A stretch of 64,000 bases of DNA from an uncultured Nitrososphaerota archaeon (GTDB taxonomy: Archaea; Thermoproteota; Nitrososphaeria; Nitrososphaerales; Gagatemarchaeaceae): the NCBI GenBank assembly GCA_963718895.1, contig CAVRAG010000008.1:1376001-1440000 (forward strand), written 5' to 3'. The notes beneath the pieces are model-generated. The model worked only from the letters and a program-made list of their open reading frames with translations, had not been told where the DNA came from and ran no database searches. Position numbers and translations under genes: made by a program. Positions 19,675-29,728 of this stretch are shown piece by piece. Every line of letters starts with the position of its first letter. Within the stretch, counting starts at the first letter, position 1.

Positions 19675-20346
19675 TCACAGGACCCCGTATTTGGCGTAGA
19701 CTTCCTTGAGCGTTCTGCCCTGAAGGAGTTCGCTCCTGGTGACATTCTCCTTGGTCACCTTCTCGAACGCCCTTTCCAGCACGGACCTCTCCACGGCCCT
19801 TGGGACGACGACGACCCCGTCGTAATCTCCCACCACGAGATCGCCAGTCTCGACGTGGACCCCGCCGCACTCGACGGGTTCATCGTAGCTGACGACGCGG
19901 CCTCTCCCCGCTGAGTCGAGAGGGGAGATGGCCGCCGCGAAGACAGGGAACTTCGTCTCGAAGATCTTCTTCACATCCCTCACGCAGCTGTCGATTATCG
20001 CCCCGACCGCGCCCCTGCACCCGGCTGCGGTGCTCATGAGCTCGCCCCAAGGGGCGTTCCTCAGCGCGAAGTCGGTGTTGGTCACCACGACGTCTCCCCT
20101 CCTCAGGTCGTCCATGAACGCGATCTCGACCTCGTACGGGTTCGGGTCGGGTGCGTAGACGTCGATCCAGGTGACCGTCCTGGCCCGTCCGACCACCTTG
20201 AAGTCCTCCCGGAGTGGACGGATCCGTGGAGCCATGGCCTGCTTTCGATATCCCACCGAGTCCAGCGAGTCGGAGATTACTGGTACGTAGAGAATCTCCC
20301 TGATCCTGTCGAAACTTTCTGAATCCGGTCCAGAAGACAAGGACAT
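19675..20346 (-). CDS. RraA family / HMG-CHA aldolase-like protein
   Basis: ISDSLD, APWGELMS, D..VRD, GDLVVGDYDGVVVVP. Confidence 0.9.
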   Translation of the reverse strand: MSLSSGPDSESFDRIREILYVPVISDSLDSVGYRKQAMAPRIRPLREDFKVVGRARTVTWIDVYAPDPNPYEVEIAFMDDLRRGDVVVTNTDFALRNAPWGELMSTAAGCRGAVGAIIDSCVRDVKKIFETKFPVFAAAISPLDSAGRGRVVSYDEPVECGGVHVETGDLVVGDYDGVVVVPRAVERSVLERAFEKVTKENVTRSELLQGRTLKEVYAKYGVL

Positions 20347-20473
20347 GGATTGTCCCAGTTTGTGTATTAAGTGTTCCAGAAAATCACGGGAAACGGTCGT
20401 GGCCTGAGGGGCCGGCTTTTCGTCTACGCGGAGCTGAACAAAGTCTTTAACGCCGGAACTCCTTTTCCTTGAC

Positions 20474-21724
20474 GTGGACTTCCTAGAAACGACGATGCGA
20501 AGGAATCCTGGCCTGATAAGGGCCGCCTTCGAGTGTTATGCCTCTGGACGGATCCATCAGGACACATACGTCCTCGACCTGGATGCCATCAGGCTGAACT
20601 CGTCTTCCATCTGCCGCGCGGCGAAGGAAGCTGGACTGAAGACGTACTTCGAGGCCAAGCAGTTCGGGCGCAACCCGCTGGCGTGCCAGGAAGTGGTGAA
20701 ATCCGGGATGAGTGAGGCGATAGCTATCGACATGGAGGAGGCGAAGAGCCTGCACCGGTCCGGCGTGAAGGTGGGCCACGTGGGCCACCTGGGTCAGGTG
20801 CCGGGCGCGGAGGCGAGCTACGTCGTAGGAACGGTCTCTCCAGAGGTGATAACGGTGTACAACGCAGAGAAGGCGGCCCAGATCTCCAGGGCCGCGAAGC
20901 AGGCGGGGAAGAAGCAGAAGCTGCTCCTCAAGGTGGTGGGAGACGCCGACCTCGCGTACAACACCCTCGGCGGCGGCGTCGCGGAACGGGACCTGATCCC
21001 CGTCGCAAGGCGGATCAAGCCAATGCCGAACGTCGCCGTGGTGGGGGTCACCTCCTATCCCGCTATGCGATACAACCTGGAGACCCGGAGGGTTGAGCCC
21101 ACCCCGAACTTCGAGACGCTGATCAGGTGCGCGGCGAAGCTCAAGGACGCAGGTTTCGAGATCGAGCAGATCAACCCGGCCGGATTGAGCTCGACCTCAA
21201 CGATGAAGATCCTCGCGGAGAACGGGGGGACCCATGCCGAACCTGGACAGGCGCTGCTGGGGATGACCCCACTCCACGGCTTCAGCGACGAGCCCGAGAT
21301 ACCGGGCATGGTGTACGTCACCGAGGTCGACCACGTCATGGGAGCGAGGGCCTTCGCCTACGGATCCGGGTTCGTGGCCAATATCACGACGGGCGTCTGG
21401 AACCCGCTGACCTACGAGTATCTCTACGCCCTCGCCGGGAGCACGTTTGGGGAGCTGCTGAGACAGAGGGTGGTCCTCGAACCCCCCGTGATTCCGGGGT
21501 CTGACCCCTCCTTCTTCATGTACCTCACCCTCAGGAGGACCCCTGGCGCGACGCTGAAGGTGGGACAGACCGTAATCACGGGCTGCAGGGGCCAGGTCTA
21601 CCGCGCGAACTCGGTCAAGGTGGCTGTGATCGACGGGATCCAGAGGGGAAAGCCCAGGCTGAAGGGGGTGTACGACAGGAACGGAATCAGGCTGGAAGGC
21701 CCGAGCGACACCCCGGCGGTGTAG
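20474..21724 (+). CDS. yhfX: YhfX-family PLP-dependent enzyme (fold III, alanine-racemase-like)
   Basis: TYVLDLD, KQFGRNP, GHVGHLGQVP, QINP, THAEPGQALLGMTP, E.PGMVYVTEV.H. Confidence 0.85.
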   Translation: MDFLETTMRRNPGLIRAAFECYASGRIHQDTYVLDLDAIRLNSSSICRAAKEAGLKTYFEAKQFGRNPLACQEVVKSGMSEAIAIDMEEAKSLHRSGVKVGHVGHLGQVPGAEASYVVGTVSPEVITVYNAEKAAQISRAAKQAGKKQKLLLKVVGDADLAYNTLGGGVAERDLIPVARRIKPMPNVAVVGVTSYPAMRYNLETRRVEPTPNFETLIRCAAKLKDAGFEIEQINPAGLSSTSTMKILAENGGTHAEPGQALLGMTPLHGFSDEPEIPGMVYVTEVDHVMGARAFAYGSGFVANITTGVWNPLTYEYLYALAGSTFGELLRQRVVLEPPVIPGSDPSFFMYLTLRRTPGATLKVGQTVITGCRGQVYRANSVKVAVIDGIQRGKPRLKGVYDRNGIRLEGPSDTPAV

Positions 21725-21733
21725 CCCCCTCGT

Positions 21734-23830
21734 CTAGAGCAGGTCCTCTATCTTGGATTCCTTCGAGAAGTACTGAATCGTGTGTATCTTGACGTCAGAG
21801 CCCTTCATCAATCCCACCAACCTTCTGATCACATAGGGGTCCGTCGCCAGGACTTTGCCGTAGTGGAAGCGATCTCCCCGCTCTGACACGAAGCGGAGCA
21901 CCCCTGGGAAGTCACGTGAGGCTTCCTCCAGTCTCCCGAGGGTCTCCTCCGACCGGGTCAGCAGCCAGGCGAGCGTGCTCAGCCTCTCGTAGAGGTGGGA
22001 GACGTCGAAGGGCGACTCTCCACCCCGGAGCTTCATCCTCAGGCCCTCGGTCGCGTCTGCGTCCACGGTGAAATCCTCCTTCACTACCACGCCGTAGAAC
22101 CTCTTAGCCCCCTCCATGGAGACGTACCTGTTCCTGACGTCCGACGCGACCCTTGAGGGGTCCCGTTCAAGCGGGTCGCCGTAACCGCCTCCACCGGTAA
22201 GGCTCAGCTCCACCCTGTCTCCACGATGGAGGGTGATGTTCGACCACTTGGATGGCGACAGCTTCCCGTAGAGATCGGTGGCGTGCCCGAACGTCGCGTT
22301 CCCCGAAGGGGTGAGCCTGGTGTCACAGAAGTGTCCGCACGAGAGCGGCGAAGGAGGAAGTCCCCCGAAGACCCCATAGGGCGATATCTTGTGCCGTTCG
22401 GACAGCGAGGAGAGTTCCGCCTCCGGGGCGAGCAGCTTCCAGCCGTAGATCGTTCCCATCCCGCCCCTCTGCCTTCCCGCACCGCAGGAGTCTGGCGACG
22501 AGAGCTCGAACCTCTCGGTCAGCAGCGGGTAGCGCGTGTCCTGCACCTCGATGACCGGTCCCTTGTTGTTGGTCGCGAACGGCATCTGCGCCGGGTTCCC
22601 GTCCCTTCCGGCGCGCGCTCCCATGCCTCCCAGCCCCCAGAGGTACATGACCCACTGGTCTTCGGGCCTGCCTCGTATGTCTCCTCCCGTCAGCCCTGAA
22701 CAGGTCCCGTGGCACGCCGCCTTGACGTTCTCCTCAGGAACGGCCTGTGAGAGAGCCCCTATCATCACGTCGACTATCCTGTTCGACGTCTCTGTGTTGC
22801 CGCCCTGGACCGGGGCCGGATAGCTGGCGTTCGTGACGGTCCCCGCAGGGATCTCCGCCCTGATCGGTCTGAAGGTGCCCGCGTTGAGCTGGTACTCCCC
22901 GTGGATCGGCAGGCAGTGGAGCGTGCCGATGTAGGTGTTGCCGAGCGTGACGGCGTAGGCGCAGTTGATCGGTCCCTTGGCCTGCTGGCTGGACCCCGAG
23001 TAGTCGGCCAGCAGGGTCCCGTCCTTTATCCTGACCCTGACCTTGATCCTTAGGGGACTGGGGGTGTTCCCGCTGTCGTCGACGTAGTCCTCATACGAGT
23101 ACGAGCCTTCAGGGAGCGTGGACAGCTCCCTCCTGATGACGCCTTCGGATATGTCCTTTATCTTCCCGAGGATGGTCTCCCAGGTCTCGACCCCGTAGCT
23201 GTCGGAGTACTCCAGGACCCGTCGTTCCGCGACCTTGAGCGCCCCCAGGACGGCCCTCATGTCGCCCTCGAAGGCCCTGGAAACGCGGACGTTGGTGAGT
23301 ATCAGCCTCCACAGGTCGCCGACCTCCTGGCCGCGCGAAAGCAGCTTGATGGCCGGGAGCCTCAGTCCCTCCTGGTGTATCTCGGTCGTATCACCTGCGA
23401 AGCTCCCCGGGACCGAGGCGCCGACATCGATCATGTGCGCCCTCGCCGCCGCTATGGCTACAATCCGCTTTCCGGAGAAGACGGGTCGCATGAAGGTGTA
23501 GTCGCTGCAGTGCGACCCGCCGAGGTAGGGGTCGTTGTTCAGGAAGACGTCACCCGGTTCGATGCTCTCCATCCCCACCTGTTCCAGCGTCCTCCTCACC
23601 GCCTGGGGCATCGCCCCGAGGTGGCAGGGGTCGAAGGCCGCCTGCGAGATCATCTCGCCCCCGCCGTCGAAGAGGGCGAACGAGTAGTCCAGCCCTTCGC
23701 TGAAGACTGGGGAGTAGGAGGATCTCTCCATCGAGAGGCCCATCTCCTGGCAGAGCGAGACGATCCCGCCCCTGACTACCTCCAGGGTGATCGGGTCGGT
23801 CTTCCTTGCAGTCAGTGAATCGGTGCTCAT
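21734..23830 (-). CDS. hyuB: Hydantoinase B / 5-oxoprolinase subunit
   Basis: DPITLEV, SYSPVFSEGLDYS, NDPYLGGSH.SD, H.IDVG, EIHQEG, GGGGYGDPLERDP. Confidence 0.93.
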   Translation of the reverse strand: MSTDSLTARKTDPITLEVVRGGIVSLCQEMGLSMERSSYSPVFSEGLDYSFALFDGGGEMISQAAFDPCHLGAMPQAVRRTLEQVGMESIEPGDVFLNNDPYLGGSHCSDYTFMRPVFSGKRIVAIAAARAHMIDVGASVPGSFAGDTTEIHQEGLRLPAIKLLSRGQEVGDLWRLILTNVRVSRAFEGDMRAVLGALKVAERRVLEYSDSYGVETWETILGKIKDISEGVIRRELSTLPEGSYSYEDYVDDSGNTPSPLRIKVRVRIKDGTLLADYSGSSQQAKGPINCAYAVTLGNTYIGTLHCLPIHGEYQLNAGTFRPIRAEIPAGTVTNASYPAPVQGGNTETSNRIVDVMIGALSQAVPEENVKAACHGTCSGLTGGDIRGRPEDQWVMYLWGLGGMGARAGRDGNPAQMPFATNNKGPVIEVQDTRYPLLTERFELSSPDSCGAGRQRGGMGTIYGWKLLAPEAELSSLSERHKISPYGVFGGLPPSPLSCGHFCDTRLTPSGNATFGHATDLYGKLSPSKWSNITLHRGDRVELSLTGGGGYGDPLERDPSRVASDVRNRYVSMEGAKRFYGVVVKEDFTVDADATEGLRMKLRGGESPFDVSHLYERLSTLAWLLTRSEETLGRLEEASRDFPGVLRFVSERGDRFHYGKVLATDPYVIRRLVGLMKGSDVKIHTIQYFSKESKIEDLL

Positions 23831-25860
23831 GTGTCTATCACCACGTTTCCGTAATCATCCACAGTTGCGGTCTGTCCCGGGTTGACGACGATGGTGGAGT
23901 CCATCTCCTCGATTATCGCCGGGCCCGGAAGAGGTTCCCCGGCGGCGAGGTACTCCCTGTCATAGACCTTTGACTTGAGGAATCCTGACTGATGATAGTA
24001 GACCTCCCTCTCTCCCTTGAGGGCTCTTGCCATCCCGCCGGGGAGGGGCGTCTTCTTGAACTTGGGTTTCGTGATCGCGCCTATTATCGCCAGCCGGACA
24101 CCGATGAGCTCGAGCCTCTCGTCAGGCTTGTTGTGCCCGTAGAGCCTCAGGTGCTCGGTGTTGAAGTTGTCCTTGGTGACCTCTATCTCCTTTGGGGTGA
24201 GCCTGCCGGTCGGTACCGGCGTGGAGATCTCGTAGTTCTGTCCGAGATAGCGCATGTCCGCAGTCCGCAGCACGTAAGAGTCGCCTCTATGCTCCCTCGC
24301 CAGCGTGTCTCTGGCCTGGCGCTCTAGTTGCTCGTAGATGGAGTTCAACCTCTCGGGGTCGACCTGGTCCATTCCCACCATGTACGACTGCATGAAGTCG
24401 AACCTGATGTCCGTCGCGAGCATTCCAATCGCCGAGAAGATACCAGGGTGGAATGGTATCAGCACCTTCGGCGATCCAAGGCTCCTGGCCAGCGTCGAGG
24501 CGACCATTGGCCCCGCCCCGCCGTACGCGATGACCGAGAAGTCTCGGGGGTCGTATCCCTTCTGCACCGAGTTGACGTGCATCGAGGAGAGCATGTTGGC
24601 CTCGGCTATCTTGACGATCCCGGCCGCCGTCTCAGTCAGAGTCAGTCCGAGCCTCTCGGCGAGACCCTCGATGGCCTCGGCCGCTGCCCGCTTGTCCAGC
24701 TTCATCTCACCGCCTAGGAAAGATGCCGGGTCGAGCCGACCCAGCACGAGCTGGGCGTCGGTAATCGTCGGCTCCTTCCCTCCCGCTCCGTAGCAGACCG
24801 GTCCGGGGTCGGCACCGGCGCTGTGCGGACCGACCCGGAGTAGGCCTCCTTCGTCTATCCACGCGATACTGCCTCCGCCGGCGCCGATCTCGCTGATGTC
24901 GATCATCGGGATCCGGAAGGGCACGCCCCATTCCAGCTCCCCCTCCGACCTGTATCTTGGGACTCCGCCGTCGACCAGGCTGACCTTGAACGTCGTGCCG
25001 CCCATGTCGATGGCGATGAGATTCTTGATGCCGAGGGCGTTCGCGACCTGAGCCGCGCCGATAGTCCCGCCGGCCGGACCAGACTCGATCGTCTGGACGG
25101 GAATCTCCTTGGCCGCTGCGGAGCTCATCATCCCTCCGCTCGCCTTCATTATCATCAACCTGCTCAGGAACCCCGCCTCCTTGAGTCCACGTTCGAGACT
25201 CCCAATGTAGAGGTCCATGACGGGCTTGACGGCCGCGTCGATCGCCACCGTGCTCGCCCTCTCGTATTCGCGTATCTCCGGGTTGACCTCGGAAGAGACG
25301 GAGACGTAGACGCCGGGACACTCCTCCTTGAGGATGCGCCTCACCGACTCCTCGTGCGACGGGTTCATGAAGGAGAAGAGCAGGCAGATGCCCACCGTCC
25401 TTATCCCCATCGACCTTATCTCTCGGGCGACCTTCCTGGCACCCTCCTCGTCCAACGGGGTTACCACCCTCCCAGAGCTGTCGATCCTCTCGTCCACCTC
25501 GTAGCGGAGGTAGCGGGGGACGAGGGGGGCTGGCTTCTCCCACCGGATGTCGTAAAGACCGTATATCGGCCGATTGCCACGCTGGATCTCCGTGACGTCT
25601 GCAAAGCCTTTGGTGGATATCAGCGCGATCTGATCGAACCGTCTCTGGACCACCGCGTTCGTCGCTGCCGTAGTCCCGTGGACCAGGTACGACACCTGTC
25701 TCGGGTCCAAGCTGAGTTTGCGGACGCACGCGAGGACTCCGTCGACCGGCTTGGAGGGGGTGGTGGACGACTTCGCCACCTCGATTAGGCCTGTCTCCTC
25801 GTCCAGCGCCGCCGCATCTGTGAAGGTCCCCCCTATGTCGACCGCTAGCCTGACTGTCAT
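23827..25860 (-). CDS. hyuA: Hydantoinase A / 5-oxoprolinase ATP-binding subunit
   Basis: MTVRLAVDIGGTFTD start, HGTT.ATN, REYER, SGPAGG, DMGGT, GAGGGSIA, SAGADPGP; 4-nt overlap with the B subunit. Confidence 0.95.
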   Translation of the reverse strand: MTVRLAVDIGGTFTDAAALDEETGLIEVAKSSTTPSKPVDGVLACVRKLSLDPRQVSYLVHGTTAATNAVVQRRFDQIALISTKGFADVTEIQRGNRPIYGLYDIRWEKPAPLVPRYLRYEVDERIDSSGRVVTPLDEEGARKVAREIRSMGIRTVGICLLFSFMNPSHEESVRRILKEECPGVYVSVSSEVNPEIREYERASTVAIDAAVKPVMDLYIGSLERGLKEAGFLSRLMIMKASGGMMSSAAAKEIPVQTIESGPAGGTIGAAQVANALGIKNLIAIDMGGTTFKVSLVDGGVPRYRSEGELEWGVPFRIPMIDISEIGAGGGSIAWIDEGGLLRVGPHSAGADPGPVCYGAGGKEPTITDAQLVLGRLDPASFLGGEMKLDKRAAAEAIEGLAERLGLTLTETAAGIVKIAEANMLSSMHVNSVQKGYDPRDFSVIAYGGAGPMVASTLARSLGSPKVLIPFHPGIFSAIGMLATDIRFDFMQSYMVGMDQVDPERLNSIYEQLERQARDTLAREHRGDSYVLRTADMRYLGQNYEISTPVPTGRLTPKEIEVTKDNFNTEHLRLYGHNKPDERLELIGVRLAIIGAITKPKFKKTPLPGGMARALKGEREVYYHQSGFLKSKVYDREYLAAGEPLPGPAIIEEMDSTIVVNPGQTATVDDYGNVVIDT

Positions 25861-26094
25861 CGCAAGTTGCCGTCCTGTAAGGCTAGGTCCACTGAGCCCC
25901 GGAGCGGCCGAGCGCATGGTGCACGCCGTCGCCCCGGCAATTGACCGGGCATCCGCTCCAGAAGCGGGCAAGACAAGTCACTAGCCTCGTGTTATCCATC
26001 GAGCATCGGAGTTGGTGACGAATTATTTCAATATTGTGCAGAGATGAACCGCCGACGGCAAGGTTAATCATGGATTCCCGCGGAGCGAATCCTG

Positions 26095-27138
26095 ATGTCG
26101 ATCGAGCCGACGCACTTCTGCGGGAAGTGCGGGACAAAGATTCCCGGGGGCTCCCAATACTGCCCCAGGTGCGGTGCCCGAATCGGCAGGGACAAGTTCC
26201 TTCCGGAGGTTCCCTGCAGGTTCTGTCAGGCCTACAACAGGCTCGACCGGACGTTCTGCGTGAGCTGCCGCAGGCGCCTGATTGCTTCGACGAAGTACGA
26301 CATCAAGGTGGGGGACTTCCTGTATTCCGGGGACAAGGACAACCTCGCGATGCTACGGCAGACGGGTCCGCTCGCCTACCTCGTGGGCGGGGTGGTAACA
26401 AAGGGCCGCGAGAACTCCATGAGGTCATGGCTGGTCAGGAACGGATCGAAGGTGGAGCCCCGGTCGCGGCTGGGCTCGTTGGTCGTCAACTGCGGCGAGA
26501 CCCTGGGCCTCGAGATGATTCCTGAGACCTTCGTCATCCCTGCCCCTGAACTCAACGCCGCGACGTTCGGGAGGGACGACAGCCCGGTCATGGCGATCAC
26601 GTCCGCCGCCCTCGACTCGCTCGATGAGATTGAGATGACCGCGCTGGTCGGGCACGAACTCGGACACGTCAAGTCCAAGCACCTGCTCTACCACACTCTC
26701 GCCGAGTCGCTCGGAGCGGGAGCACAGTTCCTCGCGAACATCTACGGCGCCGGTATCGTCGCGATGCCGATCCAGATGCTCCTGCTCGCCTGGCACAGGG
26801 ACTCCGAGATCTCGGCGGACAGGGCTGCGCTCCTCATCACCGGCGATCCGAACGTCTTCAGGTCGATGATGCTGAAGATCGTCGGATATCCGTCCTACGC
26901 AGGAGACCCGCCTGGCGATTCTTCACTGGCAGAGGTGTTCCAGACCCATCCAGCCTACGGGAGGAGGCTCGCTATGGTCAGGGAGTTCTATGCGAGCGGC
27001 GAGTACGTCCAGGCCAGGGAGAAGGTGAGGTTGAGGTCGAGGGTCAAGAAGGCGCTGGTCCCGTTCTGCAGGTTCTGCGGCGCGACGAAAGCGGTGACGG
27101 AATTCTACTGTCAGGCCTGCGGCAGAAGCCAGTACTGA
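26095..27138 (+). CDS. M48-family Zn metallopeptidase flanked by zinc ribbons
   Basis: Four N-terminal CxxC pairs, NAATFG, GHELGH, W.R.SE.SADR, THP...R, C-terminal CRFC..CQAC. Confidence 0.88.
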   Translation: MSIEPTHFCGKCGTKIPGGSQYCPRCGARIGRDKFLPEVPCRFCQAYNRLDRTFCVSCRRRLIASTKYDIKVGDFLYSGDKDNLAMLRQTGPLAYLVGGVVTKGRENSMRSWLVRNGSKVEPRSRLGSLVVNCGETLGLEMIPETFVIPAPELNAATFGRDDSPVMAITSAALDSLDEIEMTALVGHELGHVKSKHLLYHTLAESLGAGAQFLANIYGAGIVAMPIQMLLLAWHRDSEISADRAALLITGDPNVFRSMMLKIVGYPSYAGDPPGDSSLAEVFQTHPAYGRRLAMVREFYASGEYVQAREKVRLRSRVKKALVPFCRFCGATKAVTEFYCQACGRSQY

Positions 27139-27188
27139 TCCCCTCGGCGCTGGAGCATCGTTATTAGTCGGAGCGGGTTTCGTCGGTC

Positions 27189-27956
27189 GTGGGCAAGAAC
27201 TGGAAGGATTCTCTGAGGGAGGGCATCCCCGAGGGCGTGGGGGCATACCGCCATGACCTTCCCTTCGTCGGGGCGTCCACGGTGGCACAGCAGTTCTACT
27301 GTGAAGCGAAGGTCGAGAACGAATACACGCTTGGCGAGGTACCGACCGAAGGCAAGGCCATCGGCGCGGACCTGCACGACGAGATCTTCGCCATGGAGGA
27401 GGTGGAGCAGGAGGACCTAATCAGGCACATCGAAGAATCCCCCAGCCTCACCGCCTCGTTCGGACTGTACGCGCAGATCGGCGACCTGCGCGTCGCCGGC
27501 CTGCCCGACGCGGTGATCTTCGAGAACGGCAGGCCGAGATGGGTCGTCGAGCTGAAGACCACCAGGGGTGACCCATCGAGGCTCTGGCGGGACCAGGCGG
27601 TCCAGGTCAAGATCTATGGGATGCTCTTGGAGCGGATGGGTTTCGACTGCTCAGGCCTGACGCTGGCCCTGGTGCGCATGAGGCAAGAAGCTCTTACGCC
27701 GTCAGAGAGGGAGTCGTTGCTCATTCTTGTCAAAGGCGCCTTGGCGGAGGAGGCGACAGCCCCGCTCGAGGCGAGATATGGATTGAAGTTCTTCCTGCTG
27801 CCACACGTAAGGTCGGAGGCGGAGGAAGCCGTGACTTGGGCTCAGGACTACTGGCTGAAGAGGAGGGAGGCGGTCCCGACCAAGGTCGAGGGGAAGTGCA
27901 GGTCGTGCGAGTTCAACAATGTCTGTGCCCACAGCCTCTCCAAATCCCGATCCTAG
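27189..27956 (+). CDS. Solo Cas4-like PD-(D/E)XK nuclease with Fe-S cysteines
   Basis: QQFYCE, G..LH, GLPD...VVELKT, QVKIYG, KCRSCEFNNVC. Confidence 0.82.
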   Translation: MGKNWKDSLREGIPEGVGAYRHDLPFVGASTVAQQFYCEAKVENEYTLGEVPTEGKAIGADLHDEIFAMEEVEQEDLIRHIEESPSLTASFGLYAQIGDLRVAGLPDAVIFENGRPRWVVELKTTRGDPSRLWRDQAVQVKIYGMLLERMGFDCSGLTLALVRMRQEALTPSERESLLILVKGALAEEATAPLEARYGLKFFLLPHVRSEAEEAVTWAQDYWLKRREAVPTKVEGKCRSCEFNNVCAHSLSKSRS

Positions 27957-28075
27957 GACGAGATCTAGCTCGTCCCGAGGCAGATGGCTCGGCGATGGCA
28001 AGTCCGCGCGTCTTGGGCGATCCCGGCGGCACACTTTGAGAAGATAAAATAGCGGACGCGCTCTCCTTTAAGGGC

Positions 28076-28870
28076 ATGTCTGGGAAAGGGGCGTCCTCCA
28101 AGATCCTGATGCAGGCGGCCGAGGAGAACCCGCGCGAGTTCTTCAGGACGATGCTGAAGGAGGAGTTTCAGAGCACGAAGAAGGCCGAGTGGGTCATATC
28201 GGGCGTGCCCGACCCCTTCTTCAATCCCGTGGTCATGTCCGACCTTCCCAAGGAAGCTGGACAGGACATCAGGAGGATGGTCGCAAGGTTCGACTCGGTA
28301 GGGGCGCCCATGAGCTGGTGGGTGAGCCCCCACACGCGTCCGAAGGACCTGGCGGATCAGCTGCTCGCCATCGGTTTCAAGCTCGAGGAATCGGTTCCGG
28401 TCATGACCCTGCAGTTCGACCGCGTTGAACCGCTGAAGTATCCCGATGGTCTGACCGTAAGACAGGTCCGTAGCGAAAAGGGATTGGAGAAATGGTATTC
28501 TCTGTGGTCGGAGGTCTTCGGTATCTCGGGCGCGGCACGTGAGCCGCTCTTTCGAATCTTCCTTCGCAAAGGGTGGGCTGCGGGCTCGGACGTCGTGAAC
28601 TACACGGGATTCTTGGGGGACCAGCCCGTTGCCGTCTCTGCTCTCTTCCTAGGGAGGAAGGCGGCCGGCATCTATAATGTCGGCACAGCAGCCTCCGCTC
28701 GCGGCAGAGGCATCGGCACCGCGATGACCCATCTTGCCCTCTCAGAAGCCCGTCGGAGGAACCGCAGGCTCGTCACGCTTCAGTCGTCAAAGGGGGGCTA
28801 CGACGTGTACAGGAGGCTGGGGTTTGAGGAGCAATTCAAGCTCAGTAACTACATCAGGGCTTCCCGGTGA
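28076..28870 (+). CDS. GNAT N-acetyltransferase (two-domain type)
   Basis: AGIYNVGT...ARGRGIG, LQSS..G..VYRRLGF. Confidence 0.88.
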   Translation: MSGKGASSKILMQAAEENPREFFRTMLKEEFQSTKKAEWVISGVPDPFFNPVVMSDLPKEAGQDIRRMVARFDSVGAPMSWWVSPHTRPKDLADQLLAIGFKLEESVPVMTLQFDRVEPLKYPDGLTVRQVRSEKGLEKWYSLWSEVFGISGAAREPLFRIFLRKGWAAGSDVVNYTGFLGDQPVAVSALFLGRKAAGIYNVGTAASARGRGIGTAMTHLALSEARRRNRRLVTLQSSKGGYDVYRRLGFEEQFKLSNYIRASR

Positions 28871-29064
28871 CCGAGGCCGGAGGGTGCACCGCCCGTAGCG
28901 CCCAGGCGTGCGGATTTTCGTTCGAAAGGTCTCGGAACACGCCGGAGACCCTCGGTCGGGTTCGGAACGGAGCTGGAGATGGGGGGTTGCTTCTCAATCT
29001 TGGGAATCGTCTTCCGTCTTTAAGTGGCACTGGTGAGCTCTCGCGGCAGAAGCGACGACACCCC

Positions 29065-29592
29065 ATGGCCAAATCAGCAGAAGCCCTGCAGAACACACCC
29101 ACCCCGAACTGGTGGAGGACCCTCGATGGTCTTGAGAGAAGATACGGGGTCTTTCGGGTCGTCAGGTTCGCAGTGGCCAGCGGCACGGGATTCCTTGTCA
29201 ACGAGGCGGTCGTGGTCCTCGGCGTTCTGGTCCTCTACCACTCGATCAGGGTCCCGAGCTTCGGGAGTTCCTCGCTCAGCATCCTTGAACTGGACGCGAT
29301 AGCGCTGGGAATCGGAGACACGGTGGCGTTCCTGATCAACGAGCGCGTAACCGTCAGAGGTCAGGGCGAAGAGAGGAGGAAGGGGCGGCTCCACTGGTCG
29401 GTTAGGTGGGGCGAGTATCAACTTACCTCGCTCCTCGGGAACGTAATGATCGTCGGGGTCCAGCTCGCGTTCCTCGCGACTCTCTCTCTGTCTCCCGTCT
29501 TCGGGAACGTCATAGGGGCGGTAGTCTCCTACCCCGTGACCTATGTCGTATCGATGCGCTACGTCTGGCGCGTTCGTCCCTTCGGCGAGTGA
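29065..29592 (+). CDS. GtrA-family membrane protein
   Basis: RVVRFAVASGTGFLVN, AFLINERVT, four TMs, Y.VS.RYVW. Confidence 0.8.
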   Translation: MAKSAEALQNTPTPNWWRTLDGLERRYGVFRVVRFAVASGTGFLVNEAVVVLGVLVLYHSIRVPSFGSSSLSILELDAIALGIGDTVAFLINERVTVRGQGEERRKGRLHWSVRWGEYQLTSLLGNVMIVGVQLAFLATLSLSPVFGNVIGAVVSYPVTYVVSMRYVWRVRPFGE

Positions 29593-29728
29593 CCGAAGGA
29601 AACGGACCTGTGAACGGCTCGGGAGCAACGACCGGTCGATGATGCAGCCGGAAGCCAGATCGCGCAGCTTTGCATAGACACTTGCACCACAACATCAAAT
29701 ATACTCAGGCAGAGCCGGTTCTGAAGCT

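Noticed and set aside
27189-27956. Cas4 as part of a CRISPR-Cas locus
   Set aside because: No repeat-spacer array and no other cas gene in the window.
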